From Bryobacterales bacterium (GTDB lineage: Bacteria; Acidobacteriota; Terriglobia; Bryobacterales; Bryobacteraceae): a stretch of 64,000 nt of DNA. The notes under the pieces were generated by a model, which ran no database searches, was not told the DNA's origin, and was given only the letters and a program-made list of their open reading frames with translations. The position numbers and the translations under genes are program-made. Below are positions 36,784 through 45,911 of this stretch, one piece after another. The stretch lies in NCBI GenBank assembly GCA_963743705.1, contig CAVUQS010000013.1, forward strand, positions 5,415 to 69,414, read 5' to 3'. Each line of letters starts with the position of its first letter. Within the stretch, counting starts at the first letter, position 1.

Positions 36784-37155
36784 CTACTTCTTGATCGAGA
36801 TCTGATCGGATACCTTGTCGGAACTGCCGGTAGCGGTCACGGCCTTTGCCACCACAGCCTCCTTCTCGGCATTGGACCAGACCGGGCCTTTTAATGTCAC
36901 TACTCCGTCCTGGGTGATGATCTTAATGTTGTGGGCGTAGGTGGAGAGGGACTTGTCCGCGATAATTGAGCGGCGGATTGTTCTCGTGAGGTTTTGGTCC
37001 GCCGCATTCATTTTTTGCTGATCGGCAGTTACCGCGCCGGCCTTCTGATCGCGTTTGTTGACTTGGGTATTATCGGCTTGCGGGGGCGTCTGTCCGTAGC
37101 TGAGAGCAGCGGCAGCGCAGAATACGAAGGGTAGAATCATGGTGGAGTGTTTCAT
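36784..37155 (-). CDS. BON domain protein, exported
   Basis: ATG 37155 gives MKHSTMILPFVFCAAAALSYGQ. The BON core is LTRTIRRSIIADKSLSTYAHNIKIITQDGVVTLKGPVWSNAEKEAVVAKA. Confidence 0.8.
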   Translation of the reverse strand: MKHSTMILPFVFCAAAALSYGQTPPQADNTQVNKRDQKAGAVTADQQKMNAADQNLTRTIRRSIIADKSLSTYAHNIKIITQDGVVTLKGPVWSNAEKEAVVAKAVTATGSSDKVSDQISIKK

Positions 37156-37177
37156 TGGATGAAGGTCTCGCGGACGC

Positions 37178-37513
37178 TTATGCGTCCTGGAGCCGCCTAC
37201 CCCCCATTTCCAAGGTTTTTCCTGCGCGATGGGCGACGTCTCTTGATTTGTCAACAATCTCCATGGCCGTCGCCTTAGCCACGCCTGCCGCTGCATCCAG
37301 GTTCTCGCTGGCTTGATCTTTCAAATCCTTCACAGCCTTGCTGTCGCCGATATCGCTGGCACGGTCCTTCACAGCAGCACCTGCGCGGTTAGCGATGTCG
37401 CGGAGCCGGCTCCGGTTTTTAATGCCTGAACCAGGCGCCAATAAAAGGGCGGCTGTGGCGCCGATCCCAAGGCCGGCTAGAAACAGCATAGTGGAGTCGT
37501 TTTTGTCCAACAT
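37178..37513 (-). CDS. YtxH-like general stress protein
   Basis: ATG 37513 gives MLDKNDSTMLFLAGLGIGATAALLLAPGSG.KNR..L, followed by a charged helical repeat region (AVKDRASDIGDSKAVKDLKDQASENLD). Confidence 0.7.
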   Translation of the reverse strand: MLDKNDSTMLFLAGLGIGATAALLLAPGSGIKNRSRLRDIANRAGAAVKDRASDIGDSKAVKDLKDQASENLDAAAGVAKATAMEIVDKSRDVAHRAGKTLEMGGRRLQDA

Positions 37514-37799
37514 GGAAGTCCTTTGTAGAGTGTTACCCCATGCGCTCGACGGGAGGGCGCCTGGGATCGCGGCAACGAATGCGCTCCCGCTTGTTATAGG
37601 GTGGTTTGCCGACGGCCGAATGCCGTCCACCGTTGGTGGCTCATCAACAACCCGGGGATTTTGGAAAGCGGCACTTTCGTGGCCGGAGAACCGGGTATGT
37701 GCCGCATTAAAGGCCCTTGGTGGGCAACCCGGCCAAGCAGATGGGTGCGCCGCACGAAGGTGTTCCGCGTCAGGCACCCACCAATTGACCAAAACTACC

Positions 37800-38354
37800 T
37801 TAGTGGGTAGAAGCGTGCGCGTCGGCGGCGCTAACAGCCATCTCGCCAGAGGAGGCAACATCATCAGCGCCAGTCTCCGAGAGCAAATGTTTGGCCCGTG
37901 AGATTTCCTCCGCAGTATCGCAATGGACCGACAACAGAACTCCGCCTTCTCTTAAACGGCCTTCATACCGTTTGGCTTCGTATTCTGGAATTCCCATGCC
38001 GACCAAAGCGCCGATAATGCCGCCCACCGCCCCTCCAACGCCTAACCCGGCGAGTGCGCCCATGATAGGACCTGCCGCGATGAAAGGACCAAGGCCTGGA
38101 ATCGCCAATGCGCCGATTCCCGCAAGCAGCCCCAGAGTTCCCCCAACGACGCCGCCCGTAGTGACGCCCGTTGCAGCGCCTTCGGGCGCTTTCGTGTTTT
38201 TCTCGTGCGCAAACTGCTTGGTGCTGTCGTTATCCGGAAGAAGCACCGATATGTCGTTCTGGGAAAATCCCTTTGCCGATAGGACATCTACGGCGCGCTC
38301 CGCTTGAGCGGCACTCTTATAGATGCCGAATACTGCTGTGTTTTTACTTGACAC
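37800..38354 (-). CDS. General stress protein (YflT/GSP17M-like ends flanking a glycine-zipper membrane segment)
   Basis: The N-terminus is TAVFGIYKSAAQAERAVDVLSAKGFSQNDISVL. The central segment is GGVVGGTLGLLAGIGALAIPGLGPFIAAGPIMGALAGLGVGGAVGGIIGALVGMG, followed by IPEYEAKRYEGRLREGGVLLSVHC. Confidence 0.6.
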   Translation of the reverse strand: MSSKNTAVFGIYKSAAQAERAVDVLSAKGFSQNDISVLLPDNDSTKQFAHEKNTKAPEGAATGVTTGGVVGGTLGLLAGIGALAIPGLGPFIAAGPIMGALAGLGVGGAVGGIIGALVGMGIPEYEAKRYEGRLREGGVLLSVHCDTAEEISRAKHLLSETGADDVASSGEMAVSAADAHASTH

Positions 38355-38580
38355 TATTAGCTCCTCTTGCGCTCCAAACCGGAGATTGCTAGCAAAAATC
38401 TATCGACGTTGCGATAAGGCCCGCTCTGTCTCCCAATCGGCGCTCTCAGTAATGGGAAGCAGATGGAAGGCCGTTTCCCGGGTGAAGACGCTACTACTTG
38501 CTTTTCCATGTTGGCGGCGCGTCCGCAAGCGAAATCGTGTAAATCTTACGGGGCGGGGCAACTTCGTCGGCTAACCGGGC

Positions 38581-38760
38581 GAAGAACTTTGACGCAGGGG
38601 CGCGGAGACGCAGAGAAAACGAGAGCAACACCAGGGTGGGGGATGATCGGCGGCACGTGAGGGGCAAGTGTCGTTGCGGCGTGAGGGAAGGGTGAGGTGA
38701 CACGTGAATGATCAACAGCGCAGGCCAGGAGGCCTACGCCACGTGAATGGTCGGCAGCGC
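38581..38760 (+). repeat. Diverged copy of the 11758-type repeat plus a hairpin variant flanked by the duplicated cacgtgaatg(a/g)tc
   Basis: gaagaactttgacgcaggggcgcggagacgcagagaaaacgagagcaac..., then cacgtgaatgatc (38701-38713), the hairpin cgcaggccaggaggcctacgcc, and cacgtgaatggtc (38740-38752). Confidence 0.65.
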
Positions 38761-38761
38761 C

Positions 38762-39154
38762 GGGCGTGGGCGCGCCGGTAGTGGATATGCTGCGGGCGGC
38801 GCGGCCGGGATGCGCGAATCGCGCCGGTGTGGATTACGGGCGGGCAGAAGGAGCGGTACAACGGCGCGCTGTGGCATGTGCCGAAGCTGGATCTGCTGGC
38901 GCGGCTGCAAGCGCTGCTGGAGACGAAGCGGCTCCGCATCGCGCAGAGCATGAGGGACGCGGGGACGCTGGGTGCGGGAGCTGGTGAGTATGCGATCGGA
39001 ACGCCAGCCTAGCGGCCATTTGAAAATTGGGGCGGAAGGCGCCGGCGAGCATGACGACCTGGCGCTGGCGGCAGCATTGGCGGTATGGCCGGGACGGAAG
39101 GCGCGCGCGGGGGAACAAGGCGCGCGGTTGATCTAGCGTGAGCCACATAAAATA
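38762..39154 (+). pseudogene. Second, 5'-truncated and frameshifted copy of the terminase nuclease-domain 3' end
   Basis: It aligns with 12311-12703 at roughly 88-90% identity by eye (gggcgt.gggcgcgccggt.gtgga.atgctgcgggcggcgcggccgggatgcgcg...). Extra bases (gcgcgaatcgcg, ctgggtgcggg) break the frame. Confidence 0.75.
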
Positions 39155-39214
39155 ACGCCCCAGTGGAACGGCTGCATCTTTTCCAGAGGACACTGAATTC
39201 CAAGGGAGAAAAGC

Positions 39215-39775
39215 TTGGCGCAAGACGAGAAGGACTGGGCCAAACCCCAGGCAATGGCTATCCCGAAAGAGGGATATTTCGAACGGCAGCAAGGCAAATA
39301 TGGACCGATCTATCCAAAGACGCCCGCCTGTTACGGCTTTACCATCATTGCCAAGATCAAGCCGGGCAAGGAAGATATCATTCGAGCGTACGGAAAAACC
39401 ATTGAAGGGGCGATCAAAGACTCCCCGGACATGCTCGCGCCTCTGCAGCTGCACTACCTGCGCTGGGTGCTGTTCCCCATCGGTAACGATACGTACTTCA
39501 TGTATCAGGGCATCTTCGACACCGATTTCGACAAATACACGGACGACGCTGTCGCTATCTTCACGAAATACGGCGTGGATACGATTTTCGAAAATCTGGA
39601 CGGGTTCCCGGCGGACTGGAAGACCAACATCCCGGCCTTCATCAAGTTCGTTCGCGAGCATCAGTGTCCCAGCTTCCTGGAATATGGGGAATACCCGTAC
39701 GCGAGCGCGGACGAGATTAAGAAAGCGCTCCGGCTGAAGCGGGCCTTCTCGGAAGCGCTCGACCAAATGCAGTAG
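39215..39775 (+). CDS. Conserved-looking hypothetical protein (186 aa), first gene of the DyP operon
   Basis: A TTG at 39215 follows gggaga; an alternative ATG lies at 39254. The composition is balanced and non-shadow: GFTIIAKIKPGKEDIIRAYGKTIEGAI...LHYLRWVLFPIGNDTYFMYQGIFDTDFDKYTDDAV. The antisense 361-aa ORF is judged a shadow. Confidence 0.65.
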   Translation: MAQDEKDWAKPQAMAIPKEGYFERQQGKYGPIYPKTPACYGFTIIAKIKPGKEDIIRAYGKTIEGAIKDSPDMLAPLQLHYLRWVLFPIGNDTYFMYQGIFDTDFDKYTDDAVAIFTKYGVDTIFENLDGFPADWKTNIPAFIKFVREHQCPSFLEYGEYPYASADEIKKALRLKRAFSEALDQMQ

Positions 39776-39789
39776 CGCAGGCCCTGCCA

Positions 39790-41202
39790 ATGACTGATAC
39801 GTACGACTTGATCGCGATCGGATCAGGTCCGGCCGGCGAAAGCGCCACCGAACTGGCATCTTTCTTCGGGCACCGCTGCGCGGTAATCGAGAAAGCCCGG
39901 CCTGGCGGAACCGTGACAACCACTGGCGGAGCGCCGACCAAGACGCTGCGCGAGGCCGCTCTTTATTTCTCTGGGTTGGTCGAAGGCGATATATACGGAG
40001 TAAGGATCGCCGCGCCTCCGGAAGTCGCCATCGATACGATTCGCAAACGAACGTGGGACGTCTGCGATCTGTTGCAAAAAGTGACTGCCGAGAACATCGC
40101 GAAGAATAACGTCGACTACATTCCGGGCGCGGCCCGGCTTGGACCGGCCGGAAGAGTTACTGTCACCGGCGACGGTGGACGAACGTGCGCACTCCGCGCG
40201 AAGGTGGTTCTGATTGCCACAGGATCGCGGCCGTGGCATCCCCCGAACATTCCGTTTGACTTGAAGGGCGTTTGCGATACAGATACCATCCTGCAGCGCG
40301 GCAGGGTTCCCAAGGACCTGCTGATTGCCGGCGGCGGCCCTGTCGGCATTGAATTCGCCACGATCGCTCACGCGTTGGGAGCGAGGGTCACGATTGCCGA
40401 GCGCGGCGATCGCCTGATGTCGATGATGGATCGCGAGATTGCCGCGTGCATGGAGGAGCTGTTCCAAGAGTGGGGCGTCCGTATCCTGTTCGGATCAACC
40501 TGCAATAGCATCGCCGCCAAGAACGGCGGGCTTGAGATCAAGATGTCCACCGGTGAAACGCTCGCGCAAGACACCGTCTTGTTCGCGGCGGGGCGGGTGG
40601 CGAACACCGAAGATTTGGGTCTGGACGCGGCGGGAGTCGCGCTCGACAGCCGTGGGCGGATCGTCGTAGACGGACACTTTCGGACCTCCGCGGAGGGCGT
40701 CTACGCGGCGGGCGATGTTCTTGGACCGACTCTTGCCTCGATCGCGATGGAGCATGGCCGCGCGGCGATTTGCCATGCCTTCGGCATTCCCTTTGAGGGG
40801 ATTGTGGACCCGGCTCCGGTATCGGCGATCTATGGCATGCCGGAGGTTTCGGGCGCCGGTCTCACGGAAGAGGAATGCCGCGAAAAGCGCCTTGACTACG
40901 AGGTTGGCCGGGCGGACCTTGCCCTAACTCCTCGCGGCGCCATCGCCGGACGCGGCGGGCGATTGAAGCTGATCTTTTCCAAGAGCGATCGCAAGCTGCT
41001 CGGCGTCCATTGTATTGGCGACATCGCTTCGGAAATCGTAGGGATCGGCCAGATGGCCATCCGATGCGGCGGCACGATGAATACCATCGCGAATATGTCG
41101 CTCAACACCCCGACTTATAGCTACGCGTACAAGTACGCGGCTTTTGACGGACTGCGCCGGTTAGCCGCGGCGCGTTTAGAAAAGACAGGAGTCGCCCAAT
41201 GA
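39790..41202 (+). CDS. FAD/NAD(P)-binding pyridine nucleotide-disulfide oxidoreductase family protein, SthA-like (no redox-active CxxxxC)
   Basis: It has GxGxxG FAD (LIAIGSGPAG) and NAD (LIAGGGPVGIEFA) motifs, AAGDVLG, and a dimerisation-domain end. The site where lipoamide dehydrogenases carry CxxxxC reads GGTVTTTGGAPTKTLRE. Confidence 0.8.
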   Translation: MTDTYDLIAIGSGPAGESATELASFFGHRCAVIEKARPGGTVTTTGGAPTKTLREAALYFSGLVEGDIYGVRIAAPPEVAIDTIRKRTWDVCDLLQKVTAENIAKNNVDYIPGAARLGPAGRVTVTGDGGRTCALRAKVVLIATGSRPWHPPNIPFDLKGVCDTDTILQRGRVPKDLLIAGGGPVGIEFATIAHALGARVTIAERGDRLMSMMDREIAACMEELFQEWGVRILFGSTCNSIAAKNGGLEIKMSTGETLAQDTVLFAAGRVANTEDLGLDAAGVALDSRGRIVVDGHFRTSAEGVYAAGDVLGPTLASIAMEHGRAAICHAFGIPFEGIVDPAPVSAIYGMPEVSGAGLTEEECREKRLDYEVGRADLALTPRGAIAGRGGRLKLIFSKSDRKLLGVHCIGDIASEIVGIGQMAIRCGGTMNTIANMSLNTPTYSYAYKYAAFDGLRRLAAARLEKTGVAQ

Positions 41203-42203
41203 GCCCTGCACGAGTTTACAACCACTATCACGCCCCGCGGAAGTACACGCCCGGCAAGCGGCGGTTTAGCGTTTATTGGACCTGGAGCTACCCATGGGAA
41301 GCCAATCGGGACCTGACAGAGATGGATAACCGCTTCTCCACCATGACAGAGGTGCGCCGCGTTGGGTGGCCTGTTTGGGAGAAAGAGGAATTCTCGGAGA
41401 AGATGTTCCTGCAAGGCATCGCTGGAACGCTGGAGTTGTTTCACTTGTCGATCGTGAGCTTTCAGAATGTTGTCGGCGAGGCCACGGGGCAGCCTGTATC
41501 CGTGTTCCAGCGGATCGATCAGGCCGGGCAGCGATTGCCTCTCGACGAGCGCGTGCTCGCCGACACGGACACCCTCATGGTATTCGGACTGGACCATATG
41601 GTCACAGAACAGGAAGCGTCCCCGGAAGAGATCGAGGCGATTCGCCACTTTCTTACCCGCGAGGGAACTTGCCTGGTCTTGGGTCCGCATCACGACGTGG
41701 GCTGCTCCGAGGACCTGAAAGTCCGTGCGATGGAATACGCGCACCACGGGGATCCTCTGGTCCCGCGGCAACAAAGGTTCGGTAAGTACACTCGATCTCT
41801 CATGAAAGGCCTCGGCGTTCCCATAGAGAATCGCTACGGTCTGCGCCCGGCGACGGCGCCAGGAACCAGTCAGCCTCTTCCTCTTACCGTGAACAGCGAC
41901 CTGGATACTCGCGGGTGGCTCAACGGCGTCCGCACATTCATTTTCCATATGCACTTGCCACACTATGCCTTAACCACCGACGACCCAAAGGCTATCCGGC
42001 TGTTGGCGCGGCAGCCCGTGGATATGTCGAAGCCGCATCCGTTTATCGAAGCGGGAAACCGGGAGTTCAACATGTTTCTGTGGATGCCGCCCGCGCCGAA
42101 TCGCGCCGGAGACATTCTGCTGGCGGATTCCACGATCTTCACCACACTGTTCGGAGGCGATGAAAGTCTCGAGACTTTCTGGAAGAATCTCGCGACCAAA
42201 TAA
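41199..42203 (+). CDS. Hypothetical protein (334 aa), translationally coupled within the operon
   Basis: The start overlaps upstream by ATGA and the stop overlaps downstream by TAATG. The sequence is plausibly globular (DTLMVFGLDHMVTEQEASPEEIEAIRHFLTREGTCLVLGPHHDVG). No family is assigned. Confidence 0.65.
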   Translation: MSPARVYNHYHAPRKYTPGKRRFSVYWTWSYPWEANRDLTEMDNRFSTMTEVRRVGWPVWEKEEFSEKMFLQGIAGTLELFHLSIVSFQNVVGEATGQPVSVFQRIDQAGQRLPLDERVLADTDTLMVFGLDHMVTEQEASPEEIEAIRHFLTREGTCLVLGPHHDVGCSEDLKVRAMEYAHHGDPLVPRQQRFGKYTRSLMKGLGVPIENRYGLRPATAPGTSQPLPLTVNSDLDTRGWLNGVRTFIFHMHLPHYALTTDDPKAIRLLARQPVDMSKPHPFIEAGNREFNMFLWMPPAPNRAGDILLADSTIFTTLFGGDESLETFWKNLATK

Positions 42204-43135
42204 TGCGCCGAACCCAGAGGCTGATAGCCAGGCCGCATTGGGTGTGGTTGTTCGCCACACTGATCGCCGCGAAACCGGCGCTAGCGCAGAATCGGGGCGT
42301 CTATCCACTGGGCATGAGCGCGATCAACTCGGGGGTCACGCCGGGACCCGGGTTCAGCTACACGAACCAACTACTCTTCTATGTGCGCGATCAGGCCAAG
42401 GACGATGACGGCAAGACGCTGTCCATAGCGGGCCTCAACACCGTGGTGATGGATATGAATTCGCTGACTTGGGTGAGTACCAAACGGATTTTCGGAGCGC
42501 GGTACGCCGCGGCAGCCACTCTGCCTTTCGCGAAAAACGATCTGACCTCCGATATTGAAGGCCAGATCAGCGGCGGCATCGGATTCGCGGATTCGTATTA
42601 CTTGCCCTTAATCCTCGGTTGGAGCACGGAGCGCGTGGAGGTCCGGGCAATGTATGGCTTCCTGGCCCCGACTGGGCGGTTCGTGCCGGGCGCGAACAAC
42701 AACGTGGGGTCGGGATATTGGACGCACGCCCTGTCGTCGGGACAGACGTATTATCTGACGCGCGACAGGCGCGTCACCCTCTCTACGTTCGAGATGTACG
42801 AATTTCATACGACTCAGGAGGGCACGCGTATTCATCCGGGCGAGACGCTTGACGCGGATTACTCATTGATGGGTTCGATTCACCGCACCGCAAGCCTGGA
42901 TTTCCAAATGGGTATCACCGGATACGAGGCGCGGCAAACGACGGCGAAAACCGGGCCCGATGTCACTCCGGCGGTATCGGCGGAACGCTACGCCATCAAT
43001 GCCGTCGGATTTGCGTTCGCCGCGGTGTTCCCGAAACGGAAGGCGAACCTCGGCTTTCGTTACTTTCGGGAATTCGCCGACCGGTCGACGTTTCAGGGCT
43101 ATTCGGCGCAGGTTTCGGGGGGAATCAGTTTCTGA
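42203..43135 (+). CDS. Outer-membrane beta-barrel channel, 'MetA-pathway of phenol degradation'-like transporter family
   Basis: The signal is WVWLFATLIAAKPALAQ. The N-terminal motif NRGVYPLGMSAINSGVTPGPGFSYTNQLLFY is present, with alternating beta-strand pattern to a C-terminal F. The family is assigned by resemblance. Confidence 0.6.
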   Translation: MRRTQRLIARPHWVWLFATLIAAKPALAQNRGVYPLGMSAINSGVTPGPGFSYTNQLLFYVRDQAKDDDGKTLSIAGLNTVVMDMNSLTWVSTKRIFGARYAAAATLPFAKNDLTSDIEGQISGGIGFADSYYLPLILGWSTERVEVRAMYGFLAPTGRFVPGANNNVGSGYWTHALSSGQTYYLTRDRRVTLSTFEMYEFHTTQEGTRIHPGETLDADYSLMGSIHRTASLDFQMGITGYEARQTTAKTGPDVTPAVSAERYAINAVGFAFAAVFPKRKANLGFRYFREFADRSTFQGYSAQVSGGISF

Positions 43136-43162
43136 AAGAAGTGCCTACGCGAGGAGGATACG

Positions 43163-44491
43163 TTGGCTGAAATTGCGCTGGAACTGGACGATATTCAAAG
43201 CGGCGCGCTGCGCCCGCGCCCGACTCCGTACGCGGCGACCTATTTGATCTTCCGGATCGACGATCGCAGCGCCGGGCGCCAGTTCATGAGCCGTCTGCGT
43301 TCCGTAGTGGCGTCGGCGGAGCAAGCCGCGCGCTCCCACCGCGACACGTGGGTAAGCGCCGCACTGAGTTATCAAGGCCTGAAGGCGCTGGGCGTGCCGC
43401 AAGCTTCGCTGGAGAGTTTCTCGCCGGAGTTCCAACAGGGCATGGTGTCCCGCGCCAAATCGCTGGGCGACACCGGCGAGAGCAGCCTGGAGCACTGGGA
43501 GAAACCGCTCGGATCGGCGGACGTCCACGTGGTGCTTACTGCCGTGGCGCCGAGCACCGAGCAGTTGCAAGCCGCATTGGAAAGAGCCCGGAAAAGCTAC
43601 GCGGAATTTGCGGGTATCACGGCGATCTGGCGTCAGGATTGTCATGTGCTGCCGGGCGAGAAGGAAGCGTTCGGGTTCAAGGACGGCATCAGTCATCCCG
43701 CAATAGAAGGATCTGGAATTCCAGGCAGCAATCCTCATGAGCGCCCGCTTAAGCCGGGCGAATTCGTGCTTGGCTACCCGGACGAGATGAGCGAAGCGCC
43801 GCAAGTACCGCAACCCGACGCGCTGGGGCGCAACGGAAGTTACGTTGTGTTCCGCAAACTGCACCAGCGCGTCGCCGAATTTCGCCGGTATCTAAAGACA
43901 AACGCCGCGGGCGCCGGGGAAGAGGAACTCCTTGCCGCCAAGATGATGGGGCGGTGGCGCAGCGGCGCGCCGCTGGCGCTCTGTCCCATGCACGACGACC
44001 CCGCGCTCGGTACCGATGCACAGCGAAACAACGCATTCCTCTTTCATCAGGACGATGCGATTGGCTACAAGACGCCCCGCGGATCGCACATCCGCCGCAT
44101 GAACCCCCGGGACTCGGATGTCGCGGGCGTGGTTCGCATCCACCGGATGATCCGCCGCGGCACTTCTTATGGCCCACTCCTTCCCGAAGGCGTTCTGGAG
44201 GACGATGGCGCGGACCGTGGACTGATGTTCGCCTTTATCGGCGCTCATTTGGGGCGTCAGTTTGAATTCGTCCAGTCAGAGTGGATGAACGATAGCGCAT
44301 TCTTCAGCGGGAGCGCCGGTAAGGATCCTATCAGTGGAGCAGCCGACGGCGCCGGGGCATTCGATATTCCCAAACGGCCGATTCGTCAGCGATTGCAGGG
44401 TCTACCTCGATTTGTGGTCACGCGCGGAGGCGAATATTGTTTCCTGCCAGGGCTGCGCGCGCTGGAATGGCTGGGGAACTTGACGACGTAA
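43163..44491 (+). CDS. DyP-type (dye-decolorizing) heme peroxidase
   Basis: The TTG start is preceded by aggagg. Family motifs are FGFKDGISHP, GSHIRRMNPRD (proximal His region), GLMFAFIGAHLGRQFEFVQSEWMN and FVVTRGGEYCFLP. Confidence 0.85.
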   Translation: MAEIALELDDIQSGALRPRPTPYAATYLIFRIDDRSAGRQFMSRLRSVVASAEQAARSHRDTWVSAALSYQGLKALGVPQASLESFSPEFQQGMVSRAKSLGDTGESSLEHWEKPLGSADVHVVLTAVAPSTEQLQAALERARKSYAEFAGITAIWRQDCHVLPGEKEAFGFKDGISHPAIEGSGIPGSNPHERPLKPGEFVLGYPDEMSEAPQVPQPDALGRNGSYVVFRKLHQRVAEFRRYLKTNAAGAGEEELLAAKMMGRWRSGAPLALCPMHDDPALGTDAQRNNAFLFHQDDAIGYKTPRGSHIRRMNPRDSDVAGVVRIHRMIRRGTSYGPLLPEGVLEDDGADRGLMFAFIGAHLGRQFEFVQSEWMNDSAFFSGSAGKDPISGAADGAGAFDIPKRPIRQRLQGLPRFVVTRGGEYCFLPGLRALEWLGNLTT

Positions 44492-44691
44492 GAGTCAAGG
44501 AATAGGTACAGGGTGGCAGTCACCACAAGATGGCGTTTTGTGCCCACGTGCACGCTCGCCACGGGGGCCAGCTTGTGCCCAGACTCCAAACCTCCAGACT
44601 TGCGGAAAACCATCCCGCGCCGACAGCCAGCATCCAGTTAATGGAATCTCAGGCATGCGCCAAGTCCTGAAACGATTTCCAAGGAGGCTTT

Positions 44692-45213
44692 ATGATGTCG
44701 TGCAGAACGCGTCGCTGGAACCTGGTAGCGCTGCTGGCGGTGGGCGGTCTCGCGGTAGGCGTCGCGGTAGCGCAAGTGATGCCGAAGGCGCAGGTAGCCA
44801 ACCTGATCACCAAAGTGGAAAACGGCGTGGACAATTTCCGCGACTACCTGAAGAAACGCGGAGAAAATGCGGCCACCGGAAGTTCGACGGCGCAGACGCA
44901 AACCGGACGTTCCAAGCGGGGCACAGCGACAGACGCCCAGAAGGCCACGGCCACGGGGCGAAAGGATGAGCTCGACGATGCACTGGACGGCTTGAATCAC
45001 TCGACCAACCGCCTGCGGCGAAAATTCGATGCCACCGACAGCTGGATGGAGACCAAGGTTCAGATGGAGCAGGTAATGGACGACGCGCGAAAAATTAATC
45101 AGGTGGTGGCGCGCGGCAACTACGGGGCCGAAGCCGCAAAACTCTGGGGAGTACTTCGGAGCGGCATCAATGACCTTGCTCGCGCGTACGGAATTCAGCC
45201 GCTCGCAGTGTGA
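44692..45213 (+). CDS. Hypothetical exported protein
   Basis: It has a signal/anchor (RRWNLVALLAVGGLAVGVAVAQ) and a helical charged body. Its stop overlaps the next gene start (GTGA at 45210). Confidence 0.5.
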   Translation: MMSCRTRRWNLVALLAVGGLAVGVAVAQVMPKAQVANLITKVENGVDNFRDYLKKRGENAATGSSTAQTQTGRSKRGTATDAQKATATGRKDELDDALDGLNHSTNRLRRKFDATDSWMETKVQMEQVMDDARKINQVVARGNYGAEAAKLWGVLRSGINDLARAYGIQPLAV

Positions 45214-45896
45214 AGCAATCCATATTTGATTTGACGCGGTGGCGGCGACGGCCGCCGCCCGTCATCCGGCCGGAAAGTGAGTCAGATGTGAAACCGTTCC
45301 GTCAATCTATCACGCAGACACTGGTTGCGGGCGTGCTCTTTGTGCTTCCCGTCTACCTGGCAATTCTATTGTTGGCAAAGGCCATGAAGTCGCTTGGCCG
45401 CCTGGTCGAGCCAGTCGCGGGCCTGCTGCCGGATTGGCTCCCGGCTGAAACGCTTGTCTCTTTTCTGCTCGTGCTGGCTCTTTGCTTCCTCGTCGGGGCG
45501 GCTCTTCGGACGCGATTGGGTCAGGCGACGCGGAGCAGAATGGAGAACTCGCTGTTCCGAAAAATCCCGGGCTACACGATGTTTCGAAGTATGACCCGGC
45601 AACTGGCCGGAGATAACCGTGAGAGCGCTTGGAAGCCCGCCCTGGCCGAGATCGAGGATGCTCTCGTTCCCGCTTTCATCGTTGAAGAATTCAACGACGG
45701 ACGCTTCACGGTTTTCGTTCCCTCCATTCCCACTCCGTTCGCGGGCGCCGTCTACATTCTCGACGCCGCACGCGTGCATCCGCTCAACATCCCGTTCACT
45801 CAAATGGTGAAGGTAGTCACGCGGTGGGGAACGGGCTCCAGGGAACTGGTCGCCGCCATGCAAGAAAGCCGAATGCTGTCACCAAGCCTGAAGTGA
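45210..45896 (+). CDS. DUF502 family membrane protein
   Basis: There are two N-terminal TMs (LVAGVLFVLPVYLAILLLA; LVSFLLVLALCFLVGAAL). Further motifs are IPGYTMFRSM and a beta-rich C-domain, FTVFVPSIPTPFAGAVYILD. Confidence 0.7.
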   Translation: MKQSIFDLTRWRRRPPPVIRPESESDVKPFRQSITQTLVAGVLFVLPVYLAILLLAKAMKSLGRLVEPVAGLLPDWLPAETLVSFLLVLALCFLVGAALRTRLGQATRSRMENSLFRKIPGYTMFRSMTRQLAGDNRESAWKPALAEIEDALVPAFIVEEFNDGRFTVFVPSIPTPFAGAVYILDAARVHPLNIPFTQMVKVVTRWGTGSRELVAAMQESRMLSPSLK

Positions 45897-45911
45897 GGTG
45901 ACTGGTTTGTT

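Noticed and set aside
38834-39919. 361-aa minus-strand ORF spanning the terminase remnant and the 186-aa gene.
   Set aside because: It crosses a repeat/pseudogene boundary and is antisense to a well-behaved operon gene. It has Arg-rich shadow composition.
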